The notes under the pieces are model-generated. The model did no database searches and was not told the origin of the DNA. It was given only the letters and a program-made list of their open reading frames with translations. DNA of 64,000 nucleotides, taken from contig CM120644.1 of NCBI GenBank assembly GCA_051362555.1, forward strand, positions 16,700,534 through 16,764,533, written 5' to 3'. A program made the translations under genes and the position numbers. The stretch comes from Lingula anatina (lineage: Eukaryota; Animalia; Brachiopoda). Positions within the stretch are counted from its first letter, which is position 1, and every line of letters starts with the position of its first letter. Of the stretch, positions 40,228 to 52,231 are shown in pieces.

Positions 40228-42149
40228 ATGGGCAGCGGCGGTGATGAACAATTCATGCGACGAGCGATAGAGCTGAGCGCAAGGGGGACCAGTTTGGGCG
40301 ATGGGGAGCCTTTTGGTGCGGTGATCGTAAAGGGCGGGAAGATCATTGGTAGGTGTAGTCTTTTCTGTATTCTTCCGACAGAAATGGGCATGTTAATCCG
40401 TGAAACTGTTTTGCATTCAGCTAAAGTCCCCACCGTAGCTAGCATGTTTAGTTTTACGTTTAAGTCCTGAGCTCACGGTTTTTCTTTCCTCAATTTTTCT
40501 CCTCGTATTATTAAACGGGTATAATGAGGTTTTTTGATGGGGAAAGTTTTTTTAACCCAGAGCGTTAATTCTCATATTTCTTCATATGAAGTGTATGTGT
40601 TGTAAAACATTGCTTTTAAAAGAAAATACGTGCATGTATCTATAAAAAATATGTAACCATATTTTTAAGTGGGAAAAGGAGGAATGTGTCAGGGACCCCT
40701 AAAAGTCTTAATGTAGTTTTAGAACTTCCGTAAAAGTGTAGGCAGAATCTTGTTCATCAAGTTTATTGTCATTGTTTAATCGAAGCCAGTTTGATCAGTC
40801 ACTGCCTAGAAGGATGTTGAGGTGGCCAAGTGACCTCTAATTTAATTAAGTTTGTTCAGACGGTCGAGGAGCGACCGGTAATTTGATTTAATCATATTAC
40901 TTGTATACCTGCATATAAGCTAGGTGGGGAACGTTATTCGAGAGAATTGATGTGAGACCTCGATGAGACACGACGATTGTAATACACGTACACATCAGAA
41001 TTAAATATTATTTATAGTAAGAAACTTTGCATGGGCTTGAGTTCGTTCTCTCACGCGTTTACTTGCGTATATTCAGACCTCGAACCTTGGACGAATTGAA
41101 CTGCGATCGTAATCGATCGGCGGCGGCTAATATTGCGTTAAGTTAACATCAGATCGGGCCGATACCCGACACCGAGTTGGATCAATCGAGAAGCATAGTT
41201 TCGTTGGGAATGAGCCCTCAGAGCCAAAAGTTGGACATATTTCTTAACGTCCTTTTTGAATAAAAAAAAGTGAATAGCTTGAGTGGTCAATATTTGGTAC
41301 ACTGATGTTTCAATGAATGGACCTTTAAGAGAAAAAAGTGAAATACTGCTTCAATCTTTACGAAGATATTGTCGGCTTGTGGGGGTCAGCCTACGAAATA
41401 ATTCTGAAAGTATCATATGCTTTAAAAAGCTCTGATAGGTACTCGTTAAAGACTTTTGTGAAATGCCGTGGAGGCATTGTTTACTCAAATTAATGATTAA
41501 AACAACTTCCTACTGGTTTCTTTCGCTTTGCATGCAAACTTTTTTATGATCAGCATCAACAACAACGGATAAATTATACGTTCCAATAATGGGCCCTGCA
41601 TGATCTTAAAACCTTTATGACTACCGGATGGAAGTCTAGAGAAGCGTGGAAGGAATGGTGCTCCTAGGAATGGAAGTCCAGGGTCCCATATGATAAGCAC
41701 AAGTTAGTGTTAGACGGACTATTGGGGTTAGTATATGGGACGAATGTTACCTGTACAAAGTAATTGGGAACTGACTACATTTTACAGCGGACTTCCGTTC
41801 CTGCCACCCCATCCCTGATAATTTTGTCAACGGTTTATAAACGTATAAGCAGTCAAGTTTTAAAATGAATAAAAAAACAGTATTTTACCTTGCAGGTGAA
41901 GGTTGGAACCGTGCCATAGTGGATCTCGACCCCTCCGCCCACGGTGAGGTAGTAGCTATCAAAAACACGTGCCGAAATATGAAGGCACGTGACCTGACCG
42001 GATGCGACATCTACACGAGCTGTGAGCCCTGTGCCATGTGTGCCGGCTTGATTGCTATCACAGGGTTTGTAAAGAATTAATCCCAATAATAATGATAATA
42101 ATAAAAATGATAATAATAGCAGTGGTTATCATAAAAATTATTGCAATGG

Positions 42150-42186
<37 letters not shown>

Positions 42187-42681
42187 GTTGTAACTCTCAA
42201 AGTCAATAATGCGCTATAGACTCTCCACCAATATCCAAGTACCCATGTACATCTCTGATGATATTTCTATTAATCCAAAAATTTCAAGCTCTTCACTCTT
42301 ATGGTCTAGGAGGAAAGACTAGCTGTGACTAACGCATGGACGTGCAGGGTAACGTGATCGTATATTGTGCAAAGTCTTTGAAAAATAATTGCCACTGTTA
42401 TCCATATTTAGTAAGTGTCAACGTCATTTTGCCTTCACTATTTCCATGATTAGCTTTCGCTATTTCTTTTCTTTTTCAGAATTGGGCGTATATTTTACGG
42501 TACCACTCTGGAAGCTATAAAGCCTCACTTCACCTTGGACTACGCGGCTTCATATCGGGATTTTCATCTACCAGTACACCAGCGACATCTACCGGCAAAA
42601 CAACTCCTGGCTGAGGACGCATACAAGGCTGTCAACGATGCTTTCCCTATCAGGCACAATAACCTGGCGGCAGATGTTTAA
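40228..42681 (+). CDS. Zn-dependent CDA-fold deaminase, GuaD-like, copy 2 (3 exons, 163 aa)
   Basis: Exons 40228-40348, 41896-42064, 42480-42681. Frame is intact, with about six amino-acid differences from copy 1. Confidence 0.88.
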
Positions 42682-42892
42682 TACTTATAAATAAGTGAAA
42701 GTTATCTAATTGAAAGGCGTTATATAATATAAAGTGACTCACTGCTTAAGATGCATATGAACTCAATTTTTGCCACAAAAGTCTACCAAATGCCAGCATG
42801 TACTTTCAAATAATATAACTAAGAGAATTACCAAAAGACATCGTTAAATAACCGAAAAATGATATTTAAACATACCTTTCTGCTAGCTTTCT

Positions 42893-43377
42893 CAGGGCCG
42901 TAGCCTGAGCAAAATGCCAGAGGGGGCAGTAAGCGGACACGAGGGGGGAGAGTGTGGGAAGGGGTGTCCCCCTCGCACGGTGTGGAAAATTTTTAAAAAC
43001 TGTATGTATAATACTGCATTCTGGTGCATTTTAACTGTTATTTATTGGTCAATCAGAAGTCAGAAATTGTGGGTTCATTTTGCCATAAGTACAGTCATTT
43101 TTTCAACACAACACGCCAATTGGCCTGGGGGATAGCTCCCTCAGGGAGGGTGAGCTTTTTGGCATAAACTGAGTTGGCTAAAAACAGTACACCTTTGTAA
43201 ACAGATTGTTGAATGATTGTCTAGTGGCCATGAGTGCCTTTTCTCACAGAATTGATACCAACTTTGCAATTATTTTTTTTTTTACCTTTGCGTTAATTTT
43301 TTTTGCACCCCAATTTCCAGGGGGGGGGGGGGGGGGGGCAGCTGCCCCCCCCTGCCCCCCCGGAGGCTACGGCCCTG
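42893..43377 (+). mobile_element. element M, copy C, flanks tttct / gagtt
   Basis: Same TIRs; small internal deletion in the GC-rich hairpin. Confidence 0.9.
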
Positions 43378-44268
43378 GAGTTGATATGTGATATGAAAGT
43401 TTTTTTCCAAATGATTTTCTTCGCTTTTTTTCTATTTTTCTGAGTAATAAATGAAAACAAAGATATTTAATCATGTTCTAAATAACTTTTAATGATCTCA
43501 CCTATGAAACGGTCAGTATGTGATCAGAAAACTTTGAAAATTTAGGGCTTTTTATATGCTATCCAAAAAAACAATAAGACAATTGTCTTGTGAAAAATAT
43601 CCTTTTCGCATTTTTTTTTTTTTATTTTCTGCTAGTCATATGTCGCCCGGAGTGACTCTATACTGGATATTTGAAATGGCAATTGATAACTTAATCCGTC
43701 ATCAAAACTAAATCCATCTGAACCTCAAATCCATGCATGCTTTTTACATCATGGGTAAAGTTAAACTATATGTCAATACAATAATAATGATAATAATAAT
43801 AATAATTTCGAAAAGCACCAAAGTCATCTTTCTAGGAACATTTCCTGAAGGTTTATCAAATAAAACCTCGTGTACATCATGAACTTCAGCATTGATGTTT
43901 TGGGGCTGGCGTTGCGTCAGATAAAATACGGCATCTGGGCAGTCGATATAAGAGATAAATATTCAGGGCGTTTTTTTCTCAGTGAGAAGGAAAAAAGTTT
44001 TCATTCGAACCCTTCAAATTCTGGTTAATTGTTCCACTAAATCTATTAATTTTGTTTGATAACTATGTGAGGAAAGTTGTGATGTTCGTAGGGTCGGTGG
44101 CTCTCACAGTTAAGTCAAAAACATATCAGCCTCGTCGTGAACAGTGAAGCGAAACGTCGCGGAACCGTTGCGTCTTCTGAAAAGAATTGTGACGTCATAA
44201 GTGCTATGACGTCGACACTTCCGTAGTTACAAAGTCAACATGGAAATGCGCGGATATATATTTCCACT

Positions 44269-47200
44269 ATGTCGATATTACGGTTAATAACTTTATTAAT
44301 TTTTTGCTTTGCTTGTGTTTCAATAGTATATTTTCTCCAGGATAATTACAGGTACGTACATATTATATTTAGATTGTCTTCATCACCTAAACAAATGAAA
44401 ACTAACAGTGTAATCTTTCGCTCTTTTCGACTACCTAAATCTCTGCATCACAATCTGCAGGAATACTTCCCGTAGAGAGTTTTTGTAAAATTTGTTGTTC
44501 TGAATTCTTGTGAACGATTAGACACCTATTTGTTCGTAATTCATACATGTCTATGCATCATTATATATAAGGAACACCGAACATCGAGACCTGGAGATCA
44601 ACATTAACATCTCTTTTGGAGCTAGCGGGGATAGCGGTCAAAGAGTACCTGAATCATAAAGTACATCTAACAGAACCAAGAAATGACCGCCCATGGTTTA
44701 CAAGAACAACAACGAGAAGGAGGACCGGTGTTGGTAAACCACAATTTAGCACAGACTTCGATAGAGAAATAAACGGAATTGCACCACCTACACTGGAGGA
44801 AACTGCCAAAACTGGAAACACGTCTAGCAGTGGTGAGACTTCTTTTTATTGAAATTATTCATTTTGAACGTGCTTTAATTTGATTTTAGATTTGAGCTGT
44901 ATTAACATGGTATATTTTATTAAAAAACCCCTAAAATTGCTAAAAAAAATGTAAAACGTCATATGATATCACACAGTATGCCCAAAAAATCAGATCCGAA
45001 ATTTAACACTTTTGGATACATATTTTAAACAATTATAATGATTAACTTCAAATACGTGATCAAAATGCGTTTTTAAAATTGTATACATTAGCGACAATTA
45101 AACGCAGATTTTATTTACAAGTTGACAATCACCTTATAAATAAAGTACGTCATATGTTCGTTTTCAGACCGAGTGTGGAATGCCTCATACTTGAAGGCTG
45201 TAGCTTTCTCGGTCTATGGCCGTTCCCTTCAAATCGTCAACGACGTTAAAGACAAGAGCCAAAATCACTTTGGTATTTGGACACACAACTTTTATGGACT
45301 GCTCATGGACTGCTGTGACAAAGTTCAGGCGACATCAGCAGGAATAGGTAAGATCCGGTTGTGACACTAATACGATCGTAACTCTACTCCGTCGTGTTTC
45401 AGAGTGGATGATTATGTTTTTTCTTTAAATTTTGGAAAAAATATGTGTGTTATAAGATTTTCAGACATTGTCTATTTGAATTAGCAAATTACAGCATGTC
45501 AGTGTCGATCTAAGGCTTATTCAGTTTAATTCGGAAAATGTCATGGAATATATACTTTCTTGTTTTAGTAAATGCCCTTGCAGATGCTGTTGAAGACAGC
45601 AAGAACTCTGCAGAAGAAGTCTTCGGGTTCTTCAATGACAGGGTTGTAGAACACATTGATAATGGCATCGATCGAGTGCGCCTCTACTTCGTTCCTGAGT
45701 CTCCCGTAGAACGAAAGTGTAAGGGACATTCCAACTGGTACGCAAAGAGCGCGTGCACACTTTTGTTCCAAGCTGCTGAATACCCTCCACAGCTTGTCTC
45801 CACTCTGGCGAAAGGATACGACAGATTTTTCGAAGTGGCCGCAAGGTTCTTCGTACGTGAGACGTACAAAGATAAGATCTGCAAAGGCTACGACACCGTG
45901 CCGTTCCTTCGGAAGGTCTGCGAGACAGGATTTGATGTGGCGTCAATGGCGAATGATATCCTAGAAAATGTCCAAGAGTTCCTCGGCAAATGTATTGCAC
46001 AACCAACTTTAGACTTTGCCCAGAAAGTAATCACATCTATAACAGACGGTGCATGGAAAGCTGCCGAGGGATTTTCAAGAGCCTGTCACAATGGGATGCA
46101 CCTGGGAAATAGAATTACAACTTACATTTATCAAACCTTGGACATCGAAGCGGCTAAAGGTGGGCAAAATGTAAACTTGTCTTTTGTTTTCACTGGGTTA
46201 GCAGTATAAGAACAGTTGATAGCAGCAATAATTGGCAATTCAGGTTAAAGTTATTATCCAGTAAAACTCACGTCATCAGAAATGTTTTATGATTTTGATT
46301 ACTTGGATACTTTCATTTCTATATTGTTTTCTGTCCTTCTCGGACATAGAAGGAAATTGAATCACTATTTTATTATCAAAGTAACAATAATAATTTCATC
46401 AAAAAACAGCTAAACTCGGCAGCTATTTTCACTTCAGTATTTCAGTGTCTACCAAGTGGTCAGCTGTTTTTTTTTTTTTTTTTAACACTATTACCATACT
46501 TTTGAAAACATAACACAGCTTATGACATTCGGTGCTGGAATATCCTGTTCTGTTTTCCAGCTCTTCTGTATTCCGTGTTAAAGAAGGCTGCGTACAAAGT
46601 CCATGACGTCTACGTACGTCTTCCCCGCTTCAATGGTGATCCCATACATGACGGGCTGGTGGTTGTAGCCTGGGTGGTGTGTGTCCTAGCCCAGGGGTTG
46701 GTGGTCTACTGGACCAAGAGGAAGATCAGTCTAGGTAAAATATCTTGCCGTGTTACAAGTATGTATTATGATAAATATTTCCAGGCCTTGCCATTGCCTC
46801 TGTCTCATTAATCACCAAAGAAAATGGAAATTTTATTTTGTTTCGTTTAACATATTGAATAAGCCGTAAATGAAGTTAATTATTTACACAAGAGTGAAAA
46901 ATACTTCAAATCTTTTAATCGAATCATGAAAGTGGCCTAATATTTGTCCTTTTTACTGGATTAATTTCATCTTATTTTATCTTATTTTATTTTTATCATT
47001 GTAGATAACAACATAAGAAGGGCCCGTCAAATGCGACTTCGTTTCTCCCATCCCATATCATCAGAGGATTACTATGACAGGATTGCGAGGCTAATTAGAG
47101 AGGAGGATGGAAAAGATGATACAGAACGCGAGGACGCCGAACACGTTGATGAGACCGAGAGCTTTCAACATGTAAAATCCACCTCTGGTGTTACTGACAA

Positions 47201-48217
47201 CGAGGTCAAGGACACAACCAGTCCAGCCGACGACTTTGCCAACGATTCCGGGGTGTGGGCAGACATGTCTCTTGAACACATCGTGGAGGGAGTGGAAGAG
47301 AAACCAACGGTACCAGCGCCCTCTGCAGTTCAGCCAATGGCAGTGGAAGAGGAACGGGTCCACGCCAATCCTAAACCAGAGGTTAACGCACAGCTTCTGG
47401 TCCTGAAAGATGACACAACCATTGAGAACAGAGAGCACGCGCAGCCTGCTGAGGACACGTATAACCAAGAACAAAGTGCCTCTGGAACAACCTGTGAACA
47501 GAATCTAGAAAGCCCTAATAAGGATGCATGCAAGAACGGGAAAGGAGGACTGAACGTTTCAAGGTCCGATGCGGTTGCTCTAGCTCCAGAGAGCGAACCC
47601 GAGCCAGCTGCTGCATCTTACATGGATAAGAACAACAATGACACAGAAAGTTACGACAAAGAACGACTCATTGAGACGGGTTTAGAGGTAAATTTTACGT
47701 CTTGTTAGCTTGATCAGACTTGTGGGTGTGAGGGCCGGAATGTTATATTTTGTCTATTTTTCTCCATCTAAAACTATAAATATTGCTTATCATGTTAATA
47801 TTTTACTGAAACATTTACGATTCAATAGGTGCCCTATTTTTGTCTATGATTCTTATCTTAGCTTACGATTGACTAAAAAGACAACTTTAACGTTGATCTC
47901 TAGTTGTACCTGACATTTTAAGTTATAAATACTAAAATAATTTTTGATTAAAAAGATACCCTTTATTTTACTGAAAATAGTTTCAGGGAAGTGAGGAGCT
48001 CACTTTGTGCAGAGCCCCTGATGTCAACATGGACGACGCTCGGAGAAAGTTGATAATCTCCGAGGCATTGAAGCGAATTGATTCGTGGGACCTCCCGCCC
48101 CGTCAGGCTACCGAGTCCAGCGAAACCAGTCTCTGGGCCAACGTCTATTTTCGCAAAATCGGCCGTGCCGCCTGGATTGTGCTGAAATACATTTTAGAAC
48201 ACCCAGAGCTTTTCTAA
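44269..48217 (+). CDS. orphan multi-exon gene Z, ~714 aa, one predicted TM helix and an acidic low-complexity region
   Basis: Phase-compatible GT-AG exons 44572-44832, 45168-45347, 45569-46159, 46561-46734, 47005-47687, 47987-48217. Two tentative small 5' exons at 44269-44282 and 44341-44351. TM-like segment LVVVAWVVCVLAQGLVVYW followed by KRK. No family recognised. Confidence 0.65.
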
Positions 48218-49335
48218 CTTTGTTTTGTTTTCTGTTTTCTTGTGAACACTTTGCTTTCTTGTCGCTCTGGGTGTATTCACTGAACAGCATTTAACTTCCT
48301 GGTGGACAATGATTTAATGGATATTTATACTTATTTTGTTTACTGAGCTTGTAAAGAAAAACTCACCAGACGCAACTTTGTTTATAAAAAGAAAAAAATC
48401 ATTACAATCGCAGACATTTAAAGGTAACAAATTTATTTTATAGAAATAGCATCTAGAATTTATCAACTTATGTGTTTTAGGGTACGCATAAATTTTGTAG
48501 AATGCTTAAGCAAATTCGAAGCAACAGATTTTTAAAACTATCTAAAAATCCTTACCGAAATACTAATGCTCAAGAAAATATTGGCAATGTAAACTATTTG
48601 GTCTTTATAGTAAAACCAAGAAGAAATGCTCTTTGTTTTGTGCTTGATATAATATTGCATTCCGTTGTGGACTTCAGTTCCAGAGTACTGTTTAAAAAAA
48701 TTCTGTGAATCGGATTCGTCCGAGTGTCACTGTCCATTTGTGTAGACTTCTTTAAACCTAATATATCGTGAAACTATTACATCACATCACGGTTAACTAT
48801 TTCTTCTTCCTGTACAACATACAACAAAGCGCGATCGATCGCTGACTGTTCAAAGACGAGCAAAGTCGCGGATAGTCGTTGCTCAGTCGCATTGCGTCAA
48901 GGCAACTGGTTGGGAAAACCTGCGATTCCACCGTTAAATTTCTCCACAATTCCTTACTAAATTTCTGTAGTTTATACGATATTGCTATAAGTCCTGCTAA
49001 ACTATTAAAAACCTGTAAAACAGGCAAAATATCACTTCAAGGAATCCCCAAAACGCTACATTATTGATTCCGTCCAGTAACGTAATGTAAAGTTTTTCTA
49101 TTAAAGGCATTACGGGGATACTTCCAAAATAAAGGCAAATACGTGCAATGTGCCTTATTTTTACCATTCGTGAAGCCAAACAAGTCCATGCCACATATTT
49201 TACAGCTTCCCTTCCAAACTTGTACTTATAGATTTTAATCGTGATCTTACTGGCCTCAGAGCCTGGTCAATAATTTAAAATTCATTTTAGATAAGAACGA
49301 AAGGGTTCTTGCTTTACAAAGAGTTCAGGGCCGTA

Positions 49336-49488
49336 CTTCACCTTGGACTACGCGGCTTCATATCGGGATTTTCATCTACCAGTACACCAGCGACATCTAC
49401 CGGCAAAACAACTCCTGGCTGAGGATGCATACAAGGCTGTCAACGATGCTTTCCCTATCAGGCACGATAACCTGGCGGCAGATGTTTA
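49336..49488 (+). pseudogene. third, partial copy of deaminase exon 3 (3' part, followed by 3' flank to 49699)
   Basis: cttcaccttggactacgcgg...gcagatgtttaa matches exon 3 and is fused directly to a 10-bp MITE left end (cagggccgta). Confidence 0.9.
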
Positions 49489-49699
49489 ATACTTATAAAT
49501 AAGTGAAAGTTATCTAATTGAAAGGCGTTATATAATATAAAGTGAATCACAGCTTAAGATGCATATGAACTCAATTTTTGCCAAAAAGTCTACCAAATGC
49601 CAGCATGTACTTTCAAATAATATAACTAAGAGAATTACCAAAAGACATCGTTAAATAACCGAAAAATGATATTTAAACATACCTTTCTGCTAGCTTTCT

Positions 49700-50197
49700 C
49701 AGGGCCGTAGCCTGTTCAAAATGCCAAAGGGGGCAGTAAGCGGACACGAGGGGGCGGAGCCCCCGAGGGGGGAGGGTGTGGGAAGGGGTGTCCCCCTCGC
49801 ACGGTGTGGAAAATTTTTAAAAACTGTATGTATAATACTGCATTCTGGTGCATTTTAACTGTTATTTATTGGTCAATCAGAAGTCAGAAATTGTGGGTTA
49901 ATTTTGCCATAAGTACAGTCATTTTTTCAACACAACACGCCAATTGGCCTGGGGGATAGCTCCCTCAGGGAGGGTGAGCTTTTTGGCATAAACTGAGTTG
50001 GCTAAAAACAGTACACCTTTGTAAACAGATTGTTGAATGATTGTCTAGTGGCCATGAGTGCCTTTTCTCACAGAATTGATACCAACTTTGCAATTATTTT
50101 TTTTACCTTTGCGATTATTTTTTTTGCACCCCAATTTCCAGGGGGGGCAGCTGGCCCCCCTGACCCCCCCCCCCCCCCCCCCCCCCCCCCCGGAGGC
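49700..50197 (+). mobile_element. element M, copy E, perfect 5-bp TSD tttct / tttct
   Basis: gc-tttct-CAGGGCCGTAG...CTACGGCCCTG-tttct-atg. Confidence 0.92.
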
Positions 50198-50694
50198 TAC
50201 GGCCCTGTTTCTATGCTGTGTATAAGTAGGTCAGATAATAAGGTCAGATAGATAGGTTAAATTTCTGACCAAAAATTTTAAGAAAGGAGCACTTTAAAGC
50301 ACTTTTGTGGTTGATTGAGTGATTTAGATAGATACGGATAAATTCTCTATCGTCTATCTACATGGTAACATCTCAATGAAATATACCTACGTAAAAAACA
50401 TTGGCGTTCATTTCTAAACAAGACAACAAAGCTGTCAAATGTACAGGCAAAGCAGAAAAATGAACAAAATAAGTTATAAAATCATTTCATGTATATCATT
50501 TTATCTATGGCATGGAGTGTTCATGGGAGATGAATGCACTGTGATGCCAACCCGCAGCACCGCATATAGGTTTTTTTTTTTTTTACATAGCACCCTGAAA
50601 AAATCAGTTCATAATCAAAGCATACATCATTCCCCTAAAAAGTCTACACTTGTTCTTGGCCCATATGCACGTGTCTAAAATATAGCATTACATC

Positions 50695-51243
50695 CAGGCC
50701 TAACCAACTACCAGACTCGCCACCTAAGGATCCTGAATAAACCGGTTTATCGGACCACACTACCCGTTTTCAAGGTGTGTGTCAGATCGCATTTCGGAGT
50801 ATCATACCCCAGAACAAATTTTGTAGGACGACTGCGGGCTCATCCACGCTCGGCTGAACAACCTTAAACTGTACTCTTACTTTGGAGTGCTCTATTTCAT
50901 TGTCTCTATGGGGGTATATGGGGACTTTACGACATTCGGTTTGAATGTTTTAAACACTTTTGATAGGGCCTTTTTTGCATTGTATTAGATTAATGTGGCA
51001 GTCTAAGTTCATCTAGTTGGCTTTCTAATTTAGGCACCCGGTTTTAAAATCATATAGCAATTAAATACGACAGTCGTTTACTATCCAATCAAGGTGACAG
51101 CCGAGCGTAGGCTCATCCTGTCGGTGTTCTGACTGATACTCCTAAATGCGATCTGACACACACCTTGAAAACGGGTAGTGTGGTCCGACATACCGGTTAA
51201 TTCAGGATCCTTAGGTGCCGAGTCTGGTAGTTGGTTAGGCCTG
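50695..51243. mobile_element. TIR element with ~100-bp TIRs and 5-bp TSD acatc
   Basis: acatc-CAGGCCTAACCAACTACCAGACTCG...CGAGTCTGGTAGTTGGTTAGGCCTG-acatc. Confidence 0.88.
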
Positions 51244-51402
51244 ACATCGGAGTATTTATTCACATTCCTCACGTTCAATTGTTCAAGTTCCTGTAACAAA
51301 AAGATAAAATTTGAAAGAAAGGAGCTTCTGCATCTACGCGCATTAAACTGAAATTCGCCGATACTTTACCATTACTTTGGTTGCTGGCATGCAGTAACCA
51401 GT

Positions 51403-51643
51403 TAAGCCTATCCCCACTACGTTTTGGACGCACGGTTTCTAGGTACCTTGCAATCGGCTACGACGTAGCTAGATCGCACGTAGTGGCTGTTGATCATGTC
51501 GAAAAGTTACTACGTGCTGTTTGCGTCCTCCAAAAATTGCACGATGGACGTGCTCCTCACGCACGAACTCCAACATTTTCCCCATTTTTTGGGCCGTAGT
51601 CCACACGTAGCAGCCCGTACGTTCGGTTGGGACCTAGGCTTTA
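51403..51643. mobile_element. degenerate MITE (AGCCTA...CCCA termini)
   Basis: taagcctatccccactacg ... cgttcggttgggacctaggcttta, imperfect TIRs. Confidence 0.5.
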
Positions 51644-52231
51644 GCGAATTGTTCACGCGCTACACTGGTGTTTCGGTCTGTTGCCCACGCACTCTGAAGC
51701 TATCAACCAAGTTCACCCCTTATCCTCTGATTTCAGAAGCTTCTTAATATAGTATACACATTTTAGTATGCCATGCAATAAGTTTGTAACAGACTACTAG
51801 CGCACCCTGTGGTCAGAGAGTAGTTCACGCTCTAGCTAAAGAGATGCGCATGCAGGCAAATGTGCACGCAGCTTGCCATTTCAAGCAGTCGCATTTTCTT
51901 TCAAGGCACCCAGGTTTTGGAAAACAAATGCAAAGACATGTTTTTGACGTTTAGAGTCTGCTCTTGAAACACGCCATACGCGAATTGCGAATTATTTGAC
52001 AAAATATTAACGCTTGTCCTTACATGATTCCGATACATCCAAATGTATTGATGGCTGTTAAGGCGAAGGGAATATGATTGAAAACAGTATAATAGTTTTC
52101 ATCTAATAACCCACTTCACTGACTGTTTTATCACTGTTGCAGTGAAGTAATGCCTTTATTTAAGGGGGGGATCCTGACCCCCCCCCCCTTCCTGACCCCC
52201 CCCCCCCCCCCTCTAAATCCGATCCAGCTTT

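Larger units (their letters stand above)
30639..50464 (+). repeat. tandem segmental duplication (unit 1 ~30639-38804, unit 2 ~38805-50464)
   Basis: The junction at 38805-38808 joins the unit end (gcagaaaaaTGAA, as at 50452-50464) to the unit start (TGAAagggtagaatttcatggcc, as at 30639) through a 4-bp TGAA microhomology. Confidence 0.85.

Noticed and set aside
8018-42681. Acyltransferase and deaminases as a biosynthetic gene cluster
   Set aside because: They are ~24 kb apart and separated by housekeeping genes MINDY4 and MOB4; nothing in the sequence links them.
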